64,000 nt of DNA from Sphingomonadaceae bacterium (GCA_947476425.1 CANJQJ010000013.1:384-64383); one strand, 5' to 3'; positions 20,378-30,818 are shown, counted from the stretch's first letter. The notes: generated by a model from the letters alone, not told the origin. A program made the numbers and translations.

Positions 20378-20612
20378 GGCTTCTCTCTCCACTGGGAGGT
20401 CAACAATGAATCGATCGCTCTTCGGCGACCTTCCGGACGATCCCTCCGCAATTCTCTGCACAGTCTTGTGGCTCGGATATCAGTCGCGACCTACCAACAT
20501 GACATGCGCAATCGCGCCAATATGATCTGCAATGCGACAGGCAAGCATTTGGCGATGCCGGGCAGCCGCGAAACGCGCCGCCCGATCGAGGGTCAGTGCG
20601 AATTTCGTTCGC

Positions 20613-21428
20613 TCAGGACGCCGATGATTGGCGCGATGTCACCCGGCTCAGCGCGAACAGCACCACGAGAACCGTCACGTAAGCCAGCGCCTGCACACCC
20701 ATTGGCCTGTCGGAATAGCCGATCAGGGCGTGCAGCACCCGACCCGCAATGCCGTCGTCGCGCAGGATGGAGGAACTGTCCCACAGCTGATCGCCGAGTG
20801 CTGGAATGATATTGGCCTGGGCCAGGAACGCAGCTGCCTGGCCCGCCATGCCGGCCGCCAGGAGAATGACAAGGCCACCGGTTACCGCAAAGAGTCGGCG
20901 GGCGGGAATGGTGAGCAATCCTCGATAGAGCAGCACCGAACATAATGCGCCGAGTGCCAGGCCGCCCAGACCACCCAGCCACATCCGCCAAGCACCCTCG
21001 GTTTCCTCGGCACCGATCCCGAAAAGGAACAATACGACCTCCGAGCCTTCACGCAGGATCGCTATGGCGATGACTGCGGCAATTGCCCAAAGCGTGCGGT
21101 GGCCATCGACCACAGCCTGCCCCATCGCCTTCATGTTGGCAGACATCTCCCGTCCATGCTGGCTCATCCACAAGGTATGCCAGCTCAACATGAATACGGC
21201 GAGTGTCAGGATCGCGGCATTGAACACGTCTTGCCCCGCGCCAACGAAGGCTTCCGACAAGCGTTGGGCAAGCGATGCGACGATGCCGGCGCCAATCGCC
21301 CCTGCCAGCATTCCGCCCGTCACCCACAAGAGACGGCGCTCGACACCTTCCGTCGCGGCCAACGTAACGCCGATGATCAGGCCAGCTTCGAGTACTTCGC
21401 GAAAGACGATGAGCAATGCCGCGAGCAT
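20613..21428 (-). CDS. FTR1/EfeU-family high-affinity iron permease
   Basis: Two REXXE motifs (FREVLEAG and LREGSEVVLF) and multiple TM helices. The start at MLAALLIVF (ATG 21426-21428) lies 5 nt after the upstream gene's stop. The tracked 485-aa ORF is an artefactual extension. Confidence 0.82.
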   Translation of the reverse strand: MLAALLIVFREVLEAGLIIGVTLAATEGVERRLLWVTGGMLAGAIGAGIVASLAQRLSEAFVGAGQDVFNAAILTLAVFMLSWHTLWMSQHGREMSANMKAMGQAVVDGHRTLWAIAAVIAIAILREGSEVVLFLFGIGAEETEGAWRMWLGGLGGLALGALCSVLLYRGLLTIPARRLFAVTGGLVILLAAGMAGQAAAFLAQANIIPALGDQLWDSSSILRDDGIAGRVLHALIGYSDRPMGVQALAYVTVLVVLFALSRVTSRQSSAS

Positions 21429-21433
21429 CGGAC

Positions 21434-21784
21434 TCAGTGCTCCCCAACGACGATGTGGCCCTGGGCAGTATCGGGATGGAACTCGCCCATGAATGTGTAT
21501 GTGCCCGGCCGCAACGGACCAATCACGAAGCTGGTGCGGCCGTGCGGCGTCACGAGTTGCTCGACCTTCAGGTCGTGACTGTCGAACTCCTCTGTGGCGC
21601 CATCGAGGTTGGTCAAGTTGATGCGCACTTTCACGCCTTGCGGCACGCTGAAGGATGCCGGGGTGAAAACGTGCCCCTTGAGAATAAGGGAAATCACGGG
21701 CTCGGCAGGCGGGCCCGCATATGCGATGCCGCCGAGGCCGAGAAAGGTGAGTGCAACAAGGGCTGGTGCGCGGAAATATGTCAT
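21434..21784 (-). CDS. periplasmic cupredoxin-like domain protein (FtrB-like partner of FTR1)
   Basis: Signal peptide MTYFRAPALVALTFLGLGGIAYA and a cupredoxin-like C-terminus (GTYTFMGEFHPDTAQGHIVV). Immediately upstream of the FTR1 gene in the same operon. Confidence 0.7.
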   Translation of the reverse strand: MTYFRAPALVALTFLGLGGIAYAGPPAEPVISLILKGHVFTPASFSVPQGVKVRINLTNLDGATEEFDSHDLKVEQLVTPHGRTSFVIGPLRPGTYTFMGEFHPDTAQGHIVVGEH

Positions 21785-21799
21785 GGCAGCTCCATAACT

Positions 21800-21818
21800 G
21801 CAATTGACAATCATTCGC
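21800..21818. promoter_or_regulatory. possible Fur-box-like site in the divergent promoter region of the iron module
   Basis: gcaattgacaatcattcgc matches 12 of 19 positions of the GATAATGATAATCATTATC consensus by hand alignment, including the central AATCATT. Lies between starts 21784 (-) and 21858 (+). Confidence 0.3.
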
Positions 21819-21857
21819 AAGACGGAATATGCGAACCGCGTCATGGAAGGGACATGC

Positions 21858-22607
21858 ATGAAAATCTCTGACTACCTGTTGCCGACGGTGATCGGTCTTT
21901 TGATCACCACGAGCGCTCAAGCAGATCCTCGATTGGATGAAAAGGTCTATTCGCCGTACGTCATGAACGGCGTTGCCGAGTTCGAGGCCAGGTCGGCCCG
22001 GCAATTGGGCGGTGCTTCCGCGGGCGACATGACCACGGTGTTCGAGGGGGAGTATGGCTTCAACGATCATCTCAGCCTCGCGGTCGTCGGCACACTCGAG
22101 CGCTCCCGCGCCGACGGCAGCCGCTTTACAGGGGTAGGTCTTGAAGCGGTCTACGCTATCGGCCAGATCCCCGGGATCGGGATCGATACCGGAGCATATC
22201 TGGAATATAAATACGGCTTGAACGGCGATTCCGATGTTCTGGAGGCCAAGCTGCTGCTGGCCAAGAACGTCGATCGCTTTCAGGCGCTGCTCAATCTGAT
22301 CGTCGAACGGCCCCTTGGCGACAAGGACGAGAATTTCGCATCCTATGGATATGCTGCATCAGCGACCTGGCGGACGGTCGGCGCCTTGCGCCTCGGTGCC
22401 GAGGCATTTGGCGACCTTGGAACCGATCATGACTTTCCAGGCCGCCAGGGCGCCTATGTCGGGCCCCAGGTGCTTTGGGAAGGCCGGCCGGATGGATGGC
22501 CATTTGAAATCGACATAGATGCTGGATGGCTGTTTCCGGTCGGGTCCGTACATAGCGAAACAAAGAGCCAGGTCCGGTTCGGAATCGAACTCGAGAGGCG
22601 TTTCTAG
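21858..22607 (+). CDS. putative outer-membrane beta-barrel protein
   Basis: Signal peptide (MKISDYLLPTVIGLLITTSAQA), alternating hydrophobic beta-strand pattern and a C-terminal ...GIELERRF ending in Phe. Divergent from the FTR1 operon. Confidence 0.55.
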   Translation: MKISDYLLPTVIGLLITTSAQADPRLDEKVYSPYVMNGVAEFEARSARQLGGASAGDMTTVFEGEYGFNDHLSLAVVGTLERSRADGSRFTGVGLEAVYAIGQIPGIGIDTGAYLEYKYGLNGDSDVLEAKLLLAKNVDRFQALLNLIVERPLGDKDENFASYGYAASATWRTVGALRLGAEAFGDLGTDHDFPGRQGAYVGPQVLWEGRPDGWPFEIDIDAGWLFPVGSVHSETKSQVRFGIELERRF

Positions 22608-22633
22608 AGTCAGTTTCCGCAAGTTTGATCGCG

Positions 22634-22659
22634 GCCATCCCGGAGCGCGCCGGGATGGC
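22634..22659. terminator. 10-bp perfect hairpin between convergent genes
   Basis: gccatcccgg-agcgcg-ccgggatggc between stop 22607 (+) and stop 22682 (-). Confidence 0.45.
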
Positions 22660-22681
22660 AATTCAACTAACTGGACGTTTT

Positions 22682-23617
22682 CTAAAGATCATTATCGACC
22701 CGCCGGTAATCCGACTCGATTTCGGGAGGCGGTTCCGGAAAGCTGCTCCAGGGCAGATCCTTGTGCAGCGATAATGACCATCGTTCGAGCCATTCAATGC
22801 CATCGGGCCCGGCATAATCATCCACGCGCTGGTAGGCCGGGTCTTGCATCGCCTTTCCCAGCGTCACCACGTGCAATTTGTCGTGGCTCAAAATGAGATT
22901 CAGCTGGTCGATGCAATCGGCATTCAGCCGCGCGACGTGCAAGAGCATGACGTAGGAAATGTCGCGACCAAGCAAAAGATGGGCTGCATTCTGATACCAG
23001 GGAATGACTTTGGCCGTATATGCCAGATATGCCGCCTTGATGCGGTTGGCACGGGCATCGTCATGACGAGCGATGGCATCGTCATAGGGTTCGGCAAACA
23101 GCCAGTCGGAATTCTCCATGGTCACGGGAGCAATCCGATAACCGTGACTGCCAAGCCACGCGTCGATTTTCTGCTTCACCTCCAACGGCGTTCCGGTTTC
23201 CAGGTAGGGATGCCGAAACCATTGCAGCGTTCGGCCATATTCGGCGGCAAGCGGGCGCGTGACCTGTTCGCCTTTTGCGATGTCCAGAATATAGCCATCC
23301 GCGGAAAGTTTGTTCGGACTTTCATGGGAAAAACTGTGGTTTCCGAGATCCATGCCAGCTTCAAGCCATTTGCGCAGGATCATGATCTGCTTGGGTCGAT
23401 CGAGTTCGTCGAACTTGCCCTCATTGACGAAGCCTGTTGCGGACAGGTGATGGTGCTTCAATCCGCGCAACAGTTTTTCATTGGTATACGTCACATAGGA
23501 TTGGGACTTGAGCAAGGTCAGCGCGGGGAGGTCGTCGAAAGTGAGCGCGACCATTTCGTGCGCTACAGCGGCCCTCGAGGCGACAACCAGACTCAATGCC
23601 ATCAACCATCGCCGCAT
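22682..23617 (-). CDS. polysaccharide deacetylase (NodB-homology domain) family protein, secreted
   Basis: Signal peptide, LTFDD motif and GNHSFSHES motif. Confidence 0.8.
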   Translation of the reverse strand: MRRWLMALSLVVASRAAVAHEMVALTFDDLPALTLLKSQSYVTYTNEKLLRGLKHHHLSATGFVNEGKFDELDRPKQIMILRKWLEAGMDLGNHSFSHESPNKLSADGYILDIAKGEQVTRPLAAEYGRTLQWFRHPYLETGTPLEVKQKIDAWLGSHGYRIAPVTMENSDWLFAEPYDDAIARHDDARANRIKAAYLAYTAKVIPWYQNAAHLLLGRDISYVMLLHVARLNADCIDQLNLILSHDKLHVVTLGKAMQDPAYQRVDDYAGPDGIEWLERWSLSLHKDLPWSSFPEPPPEIESDYRRVDNDL

Positions 23618-23875
23618 CCGAAGTCGCCCCCTTGCTCCACCCTTCTCTCCGGGCAGAATATTGTTTCACGAAGCTTCCTAACACAGGGTTTCGACATGAC
23701 AATGAACGCATTCGAACCAATGCCGTCATGTTGGGATCTCGCATGAGCTAGTCGCACGCCAAAGCGTGCATCTCGCGTAAATTCAGGCTGCTCGCCTGAT
23801 AGGTAATGCTTGCGCAAGACGCAGTTTAGCTGGGATGATGAAATCCGAAAACAGAATAGCCGGGAGAGAAGGATC

Positions 23876-25018
23876 ATGATCGATACCGTCGCCAATCGCA
23901 TTGTCCAGCGGGCAGTCGAGAAGGCAATTTCGGAAAAGGGCGAGATCGGGATCCAGGTCGCCGCATATCTGAAGGGTCAGCTGGTGGTCGATTGCTGGGC
24001 CGGGATCGCCGATGTCGAGACTGGCCGGCCAGTCGATGGCGACACCTTGTTCAATGTCTTCTCGGTCTCGAAGGCCGTGGTCTCGACCGCAATTCACGTC
24101 CAGGCCGAACGCGGATTGCTCGAATATGATCGTCCCATCGCTTATTATTGGCCGGAATTCGCACAGAACGGCAAGGCCGAGATCACAGTCCGCGACGCGC
24201 TCTGCCACCATACCGGAACGCCGCAAATGCCGCCGGGGACGTCGCCGGAAACGATTTGTGACTGGGATTTCATCACGCGGGGCATCGCGGCGCTTGCGCC
24301 GATCCTGCCCCGCGACAAACCCGCCTATCAATCCATGTCATTCGGTTGGGTATTGGGCGAGATCGTTCGCCGCACCGATCCCGGGCACCGCGATTTTGGT
24401 CGTTTCGTGGAGGAGGAAATCTGCAAGCCATTCGGTATCACCGATCTCTGGCTTGGCGTCCCGGATGCGGTCGTACCGCGAATAGCAACGCTGCTTGATG
24501 ACGGCTCTTCGTTCATTGCGCCCGAGGATAGCTGGTTCGCGCAATCGCTGCCCAATAATGTTCGGCTCATCCCGGAAGTCTTCGAGCGTCCCGATGTTCG
24601 CAAGGCGTGCATCGCCGCAGTCGGCGGGATTTTCAACGCGCGCAGCGAAGCGCGGTTCTGGGCGATACTCGCCAATCGCGGCGAACTGGATGGCAAGCGC
24701 CTGCTTTCGGCCGAGAGGGTTGACGCGGCCTGTGTGCCACGTCCCGGCAACGATCCCGATCCAGTCTGCTTCAATGCGCCGATGCCGCTCAGCCAGGGCG
24801 GCTACTGGATGCACGCAGACGATATGTCGCTGGTCTATCCCGCAAAAGGCCGCCGCACGATCTGCGTTCCTGGTGCCGGCGGTTCGCTTGGTTGGGCCGA
24901 TCCCGATACCGGCCTCGCGGTTGCCTTCTGTCACAATCGCATGATGCACCCCAAGGATGGCCTGGATCACCCTCTTTCCGCGATTGCAGATGTCTTACGA
25001 GAAGCTCTCGGGCTATAA
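23876..25018 (+). CDS. serine hydrolase, beta-lactamase/esterase (class C-like) family
   Basis: SxxK motif (FSVSKAV). GGGAGAGAAGG RBS lies before the ATG at 23876. About 380 aa. Confidence 0.8.
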   Translation: MIDTVANRIVQRAVEKAISEKGEIGIQVAAYLKGQLVVDCWAGIADVETGRPVDGDTLFNVFSVSKAVVSTAIHVQAERGLLEYDRPIAYYWPEFAQNGKAEITVRDALCHHTGTPQMPPGTSPETICDWDFITRGIAALAPILPRDKPAYQSMSFGWVLGEIVRRTDPGHRDFGRFVEEEICKPFGITDLWLGVPDAVVPRIATLLDDGSSFIAPEDSWFAQSLPNNVRLIPEVFERPDVRKACIAAVGGIFNARSEARFWAILANRGELDGKRLLSAERVDAACVPRPGNDPDPVCFNAPMPLSQGGYWMHADDMSLVYPAKGRRTICVPGAGGSLGWADPDTGLAVAFCHNRMMHPKDGLDHPLSAIADVLREALGL

Positions 25019-25085
25019 CGGCGGCGAAATTCCGAGGGGTCAGACGCTATGAGTACGTAGCGTCGTAACTCGGCCGGAGAAACGC

Positions 25086-26249
25086 ATGGCCGCGATAAAC
25101 CTCCCCCGGACACTCGAAATCGGCGCGAAAGCCTCGACGAAGCTGCAGGAAATCCTTGCCCGCAGCGGTTACACGCGGCCCTTCCTCGTTGTCGATCGCT
25201 ATCTCATCGAAAGCGGTTTGATCGAACGAATCCTCGCCCCGCTTGATATTGCGGGCACGACCTACCGACTGTTCACGGATATCGTCCCCGATCCCACCGT
25301 CGCCGCTGTCCGGACCGGTCTCGCGGCGCTGGCGGAGGATGATTATGATTGCGTCGTCGGCATCGGCGGCGGCAGTGCAATCGATACCGCCAAGGCGATC
25401 GCGGTATTCTCGGTCCACGGCGGCGAACCATCGTCCTACAAGGCGCCCCATATCCAGGATGCCCCCGGCCTGCCCGTGATCGCGATCCCGACGACCGCCG
25501 GCACTGGCTCCGAAGCCACCCGCATCATGGTCGTCACCGATGAAACAACCGACGAAAAGATGCTCTGCGCCGGCCTGGCCTATCTCCCCGTCGCCGCTCT
25601 GGTCGACTATGAGCTCACCCTCACCAAACCGGAGCGACTTACCGTCGATACTGCGATCGATTCGCTCACCCATGCCATCGAAGCCTATGTCTCGCGCCGC
25701 GCCAATCCGTTCAGCGACGGCATGGCAATTCTCGCGATGCGCAATATTGCGGGAAATATTCGCATCGTCGTTGCCGATCCGGCAAACCGCGCTGCTCGCG
25801 AGGCGTTGATGCTCGGCGCGACGCAAGCCGGGATCGCCTTTTCCAACGCATCGGTCGCGCTCGTCCACGGCATGAGCCGCCCGATCGGCGCATTCTTCCA
25901 CGTCCCGCACGGCCTTTCAAATGCAATGCTGCTTCCAGTGGTGACGGAATTCTCATCAGGTGCTGCGCTTGCCCGGTACGCCGATTGCGCACGTGCAATG
26001 GGCTTCGCCAGCGATCGCGAGGGCAATCAGGCTGCCGTAGCCCGCCTCCACGGAGCACTGCGTGATCTCAACCGCGAGTTGAATGTTCCCACGCCCCGCT
26101 CCTTCGGCATCGGTGAAGCGCGCTGGCTCGCGGCAATCGATCAGATGGCAACGCAGGCGCTCGCTTCCGGCTCGCCGGGCAATAATCCTCGCGTTCCGGA
26201 GCATGCCGAGATCGTTGCGTTGTATGAGAAGGTTTGGACGGAAGGGTAA
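25086..26249 (+). CDS. iron-containing (group III) alcohol dehydrogenase
   Basis: GIGGGSAIDTAKAIA motif plus the His-rich metal site region (HAIEAY...VHGMSRP...HG). Confidence 0.85.
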   Translation: MAAINLPRTLEIGAKASTKLQEILARSGYTRPFLVVDRYLIESGLIERILAPLDIAGTTYRLFTDIVPDPTVAAVRTGLAALAEDDYDCVVGIGGGSAIDTAKAIAVFSVHGGEPSSYKAPHIQDAPGLPVIAIPTTAGTGSEATRIMVVTDETTDEKMLCAGLAYLPVAALVDYELTLTKPERLTVDTAIDSLTHAIEAYVSRRANPFSDGMAILAMRNIAGNIRIVVADPANRAAREALMLGATQAGIAFSNASVALVHGMSRPIGAFFHVPHGLSNAMLLPVVTEFSSGAALARYADCARAMGFASDREGNQAAVARLHGALRDLNRELNVPTPRSFGIGEARWLAAIDQMATQALASGSPGNNPRVPEHAEIVALYEKVWTEG

Positions 26250-26286
26250 CCTGAGTCGGCGAGGAGCGCGGCCGCGCCGGTTGATG

Positions 26287-27657
26287 TTACTCGCCGACCA
26301 GCTGGTCTCCCCCGAGGCTGCGATATAGCTCGACCAGGTTGTTCGCCCTTACGCGCCGGGTCGCCGCAAGCGAACGTCGCGCGGAATAATGTGTACGCTG
26401 TGCCTCAAGGCTTTGCAGATAGGGATCGATGCCCTCGCGATAGCGCGCAGTGGAAAGGCGTTCGCTGTCGGCAGCCGCAGCTTCGAGGTCGGTCTGCGCC
26501 GCGAACTGGTCGCGGATCGTGCCGCGCCGGGCAAGCGCATCGGCGACATCGCGGAACGCGGCCTGGATCGCCTGCTGGTAACGCGCCACCGCCGCGTCGC
26601 GCTGAGCCTTGGCTACGCCGAGATTGCCGCTCTTAACTCCACCGTCAAACAGAGTCAGCGAGGCCGTCGGCGAAACCGTCCAGTCGAAATTGCCTCCGCT
26701 GAACAGCGATGACAGCGAATTGCTGGCGAAGCCTGCAAGCGCGGTCAGGCTGATCGTCGGGAAAAAGGCGGAGCGCGCTGCACCGATGCGGGCGTTGGCG
26801 GCGTGCAATGCATGTTCGGCCTCGGAGACGTCCGGACGCCGCAGGAGGATGCGGGAATCAAGCCCGGCAGGTAGTTCGGCCAAGCTGCCGTCGACGCTTT
26901 CGATCGAGGCAGGGAGCAGCGCGTCGGCAACGGGTGCGCCGACCAGGAGTTCGAGCGCATTGCGATCCTGGGCGACGAGCGTCGTGAGATCGGCATGATC
27001 CGAGCGAGCCTGCGCGAGTACGGTCTCGGCCTGCCGCAGGTCCGATCGCGGTGCAATACCACCGTTTAGTCGCGCACGGGTGAGGTCGACGCTCTTGAGC
27101 GTGTTCGCTTCGGTCTCGACGGCGATCGCGAGGAGGGTACGATCGGCCGCCAGTGTCAGCCATGCGGTGGCTACCTCGGCGACGAGACTGAGGCGCACCG
27201 CACGTTCGGCGTCCTGGCTCGCGAGATATTCCTGGAATGCCGCCCGGCTGAGGCTGCGCTGCTGGCCGAAGAGGTCGATCTCGAATGCACTGAGCCCACC
27301 ATTGGCCGAATAGCTCGTGCCTTCGTCGTGAGCGGTAAGCCCGCCCGATACTCCGATCGCCGGGAACAGCCGGCCACGCTCGACATGCGCTTGGGAGCGC
27401 GCCGCTGCGACGTTAGCGAGTGCGATGGCAAGGTCGCGATTATTGGCGAGCGCCTGCCCGATCACGGTCTGGAGCGATAGATCGCGGAAAATTTCCTGGT
27501 AGGTCACTGTCGGCAGCGAAGCTGCGGCGGCTTCGGGATAGGACTCGCCGCGCGGCCACGTCGTGGGCACCGTGGTGTCCGGGCGCACGAACTTCGGATC
27601 GAAACTGCAGCTCGCAAGCGCCATCAAGGCCAACCCGCTCAGCAGGCGACGGCTCAT
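26287..27657 (-). CDS. RND efflux outer-membrane factor lipoprotein (NodT family)
   Basis: MSRRLLSGLALMALASCSF lipobox and two OEP repeats. The start overlaps the RND pump stop (ATGA). The tracked 615-aa ORF is an extension into the pump gene. Confidence 0.85.
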   Translation of the reverse strand: MSRRLLSGLALMALASCSFDPKFVRPDTTVPTTWPRGESYPEAAAASLPTVTYQEIFRDLSLQTVIGQALANNRDLAIALANVAAARSQAHVERGRLFPAIGVSGGLTAHDEGTSYSANGGLSAFEIDLFGQQRSLSRAAFQEYLASQDAERAVRLSLVAEVATAWLTLAADRTLLAIAVETEANTLKSVDLTRARLNGGIAPRSDLRQAETVLAQARSDHADLTTLVAQDRNALELLVGAPVADALLPASIESVDGSLAELPAGLDSRILLRRPDVSEAEHALHAANARIGAARSAFFPTISLTALAGFASNSLSSLFSGGNFDWTVSPTASLTLFDGGVKSGNLGVAKAQRDAAVARYQQAIQAAFRDVADALARRGTIRDQFAAQTDLEAAAADSERLSTARYREGIDPYLQSLEAQRTHYSARRSLAATRRVRANNLVELYRSLGGDQLVGE

Positions 27658-30600
27658 GAACCGATCTCCCTGTGAACCGGCGGGCCGGCATGCCCGAACC
27701 AGCGGCGTACCAGCACGAACAGCAGCGGCGTGTAGAACAGCGCCATGAACGTTGCCGAAAGCACGCCACCGATCACCGCCGTGCCGATCGCGATCCGGCT
27801 GTGCGCGCCGGCCCCGGTCGAGATCGCCAGCGGGATCACGCCGAAAATGAACGCGAAACTCGTCATCAGGATCGGCCGAAGGCGGAGCCGCGCGCCTGCC
27901 ATTGCGGCATCGAGCGCACTCTTCCCGGTGCGCTCGGCATGTTCGGCAAATTCGACGATCAGGATCGCGTTCTTGGCGGCGAGGCCCATCGTGGTGAGCA
28001 GCCCGACCTGGAAGAAGATGTCGTTGTCGAGACCGCGGAGCAGGGCGGCAAGAGCAGCCCCGGCAAGCCCGAGCGGAATGATCAGCATCACTGCCATCGG
28101 AATCGACCAGCTCTCGTACAAGGCGGCGAGGCAAAGGAAGACCACCAAGGCGGATACCGCATAAAGCGCAGGCGCCTGGCTACCCGACAGCCGCTCCTGG
28201 TAGCTCAGCCCGCTCCACGCGATCGAGACACCGGGCAGGTCTGCCGCGATCGCCGCGATCCGGTCCATCGCCTGACCAGAGCTGCGGCCTTCTGCGGCCT
28301 GGCCCTGGAATTCATATGCGGGAACGCCGTTGAAGCGCACCAGCGCTGATGGCGCCTCGCTCCAGCTGGTCGTCGCGAAGGCGCTGAACGGTACCATGTC
28401 GCCGGTCGAGGACCGGACGAACCAGCCGCTGATATCCTCGGGTCGTGCACGATATTGGGCGTCACCCTGGACATAGACGCGCTTGACCCGGCCGCGGTCG
28501 ATAAAGTCGTTGACGTACACCCCGCCCCACGCCGCCGACAGCGAGTCATCGACATCGGCCTGGTTGAGGCCGAGCGCGCCGACGCGCTCCGGATCGATCT
28601 CGACCTTAAGCGTCGGTGTGTCCTCGAGCGCATTCAGCCGAACCGCGGTCAATCCGGGATCGGCCGAGGCCGCAGTCATCAGTTCGTCGCTGCGCTTCTT
28701 GAATTCGACACGGCTGAGGTTGCCAGTGTTGAGCAGTTCGACGGTGAAGCCGCTCGATTGACCTAGCCCGCGCACCGGCGGCGGATTGAGTGCGAAGAAC
28801 TGGACGTCGCGCAGCGAAGCCCCAAGCGCCTTGTTGGCCCGACGCGTGATCGCCTCGGCGGCGTTGTCCTTGCCATGGCGCTCATCCCACGGAGCGAACT
28901 TGAGGAAGCCCCGGCCCGCATTCTGACCGGCACCGGCCTGATTCTGGCCAATCACGCTGAACACGTCGAGAACATTGTCCGGCTCGGCCTTGGCGAAATA
29001 ATCCTCGATCGCAATCGCCGCGGCGAGCGTTCGCTGTTGTGTCGCGCCCGGCGGAAGCGTGAACTGGAGCTGGGCAACGCCCTGATCCTCGCTTGGCAGA
29101 AAGCTGCTCGGCAGCCACCAGAAGATCAGGCCAAGCAATATGAGGATGCCGGCATAGACCAATGCGGCCCTCTTCATCTGGTTCATCAATCGCGCCACGG
29201 CACGCAGATAGCGATCAGCGGTGCGCCTGAACCAGTTGTTGAAGCGATTGCCGGCAGATTGCAGCGGAAGCAGGAGCGGCGATTTGGCGCGTGCCTTGGC
29301 CGGATCGGGACGACGGAGCAGCGTCGCCGCCAGCGCTGGCGACAGGATCAGCGCGACTACCGCCGAAAGCACCATCGAAGAGACGATGGTGATCGAAAAT
29401 TGCCGGTAGATCACGCCGACTGACCCACCAAAGAAAGCCATCGGAAGGAACACCGCCGACAGCACCAGCGCGATCGCGACCAGCGCAGTCTGGATCTCCG
29501 CCATCGACTGGATCGTCGCGTCGCGCGGCGACATCGTCGGATGCTCCGCCATGATCCGCTCGACATTTTCGACGACAACGATCGCGTCATCGACGAGCAG
29601 CCCGATCGACAGCACCAGCGCGAACATCGTCAGCGTATTGATGCTGAAGCCCGCCACGGCGAGGATGCCGAGCGTGCCGAGCATCACGACGGGTACCGCG
29701 ATGGCGGGGATCAGCGTGGCGCGCCAGCTCTGCAGGAAGCAGAACATGACGATAACGACGAGCAGGATCGCCGCGCCGAGTGTCTTTACGACTTCCTCGA
29801 TCGAGAGCTTGATGAAATCGGTACTGTCGTTCGGATAGAGATGCTGGAGCCCAGCCGGGAAGCTTGCGGCACGCGAATCGACCAGCGCCTTGACCTGACG
29901 TGCGGTGCGCAAGGCATCGGCACCCGGCGCCAGCATGATCGAGACGCCCGCACCCGGATGACCGTCGATGCGGCCAAGGTTGGTATAGTTTTCGCTGCCC
30001 AGCTCGACCCGCGCCACATCCTGGAGACGCACGCGCGCGCCGTTCGGCGATGTCTTGACCAATATGTTGCGAAACTGCTCGGGCGTCGTCAGTCGCGAGC
30101 GAGCGGTGACCGTCGCATTGAGCATCTGTCCGGCCGCTGCAGGCTGGCCGCCAATCTCTCCGGCTGCGACCTGGGCATTCTGTGCCTCAATGGCCGAGAT
30201 GATATCCGACGGCATCAGCTTGAAGCTCGCCAGTCGCGCCGGATCAAGCCAGACACGAATGGCATAGGGCGCCCCGAAGACGCTGGTATCGCCAACGCCG
30301 GGCAAGCGGGCGATATCATCCTGCAGGTTGGAAACGAGATAGTCGGACACGTCGGCCGAACTCATCCGCCCGCTGGTATCGAACAACGCCACGACCATCA
30401 GGAAGTCGGCATTGGCCTTGGTGACGACGAGGCCCTGGCGCTGGACCTGCTGGGGCAAACGAGGCAGCGCCTGCTGCACCTTGTTCTGCACCTGGACCTG
30501 GGCGATGTCGGGATTTACGCCTTTTTCCAGCGTGACAGTGATGCGAACCTGACCGGAGGAGTTCGAGGTCGCGGAAAAATAGAGCAGCCCGTCAATCCCG

Positions 30601-30812
30601 GTGAGCTGTTGCTCGATCACCTCGGTAACGCTGGATTCAAGCGTTTCGGCCGACGCGCCGGGATAGGTTGCGCGAATATTGATCGAGGGCGGCGCAATGT
30701 CGGGATATTGTTCGATCGGAAGCGACAATATGCCGCCGATCCCGGCAAGCATGATCACGATCGCAATCACCCAGGCGAAAACCGGGCGATCGATGAAAGT
30801 CCGCGACAGCAT
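27654..30812 (-). CDS. RND multidrug efflux transporter permease (AcrB/MexB-like, HAE1)
   Basis: 1052 aa with a canonical N-terminus MLSRTFIDRPVFAWVIAIVIMLAG and 12-TM RND architecture. Confidence 0.92.
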   Translation of the reverse strand: MLSRTFIDRPVFAWVIAIVIMLAGIGGILSLPIEQYPDIAPPSINIRATYPGASAETLESSVTEVIEQQLTGIDGLLYFSATSNSSGQVRITVTLEKGVNPDIAQVQVQNKVQQALPRLPQQVQRQGLVVTKANADFLMVVALFDTSGRMSSADVSDYLVSNLQDDIARLPGVGDTSVFGAPYAIRVWLDPARLASFKLMPSDIISAIEAQNAQVAAGEIGGQPAAAGQMLNATVTARSRLTTPEQFRNILVKTSPNGARVRLQDVARVELGSENYTNLGRIDGHPGAGVSIMLAPGADALRTARQVKALVDSRAASFPAGLQHLYPNDSTDFIKLSIEEVVKTLGAAILLVVIVMFCFLQSWRATLIPAIAVPVVMLGTLGILAVAGFSINTLTMFALVLSIGLLVDDAIVVVENVERIMAEHPTMSPRDATIQSMAEIQTALVAIALVLSAVFLPMAFFGGSVGVIYRQFSITIVSSMVLSAVVALILSPALAATLLRRPDPAKARAKSPLLLPLQSAGNRFNNWFRRTADRYLRAVARLMNQMKRAALVYAGILILLGLIFWWLPSSFLPSEDQGVAQLQFTLPPGATQQRTLAAAIAIEDYFAKAEPDNVLDVFSVIGQNQAGAGQNAGRGFLKFAPWDERHGKDNAAEAITRRANKALGASLRDVQFFALNPPPVRGLGQSSGFTVELLNTGNLSRVEFKKRSDELMTAASADPGLTAVRLNALEDTPTLKVEIDPERVGALGLNQADVDDSLSAAWGGVYVNDFIDRGRVKRVYVQGDAQYRARPEDISGWFVRSSTGDMVPFSAFATTSWSEAPSALVRFNGVPAYEFQGQAAEGRSSGQAMDRIAAIAADLPGVSIAWSGLSYQERLSGSQAPALYAVSALVVFLCLAALYESWSIPMAVMLIIPLGLAGAALAALLRGLDNDIFFQVGLLTTMGLAAKNAILIVEFAEHAERTGKSALDAAMAGARLRLRPILMTSFAFIFGVIPLAISTGAGAHSRIAIGTAVIGGVLSATFMALFYTPLLFVLVRRWFGHAGPPVHREIGS

Positions 30813-30818
30813 TACCGA

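Noticed and set aside
21429-22070. N-terminal 214 codons of the tracked 485-aa ORF that contains the FTR1 permease
   Set aside because: The extension overlaps the cupredoxin gene in another frame and has no membrane-protein character. A proper ATG at 21428 sits 5 nt after the upstream stop.
25047-25910. 287-aa ORF antisense to the iron-containing alcohol dehydrogenase
   Set aside because: It is a shadow ORF. The plus strand carries the GGGSAIDTAK motif.
27658-28134. N-terminal extension of the tracked 615-aa ORF containing the outer-membrane factor
   Set aside because: The extension lies inside the RND pump gene. The lipoprotein signal peptide begins at the ATG at 27657, which overlaps the pump stop.
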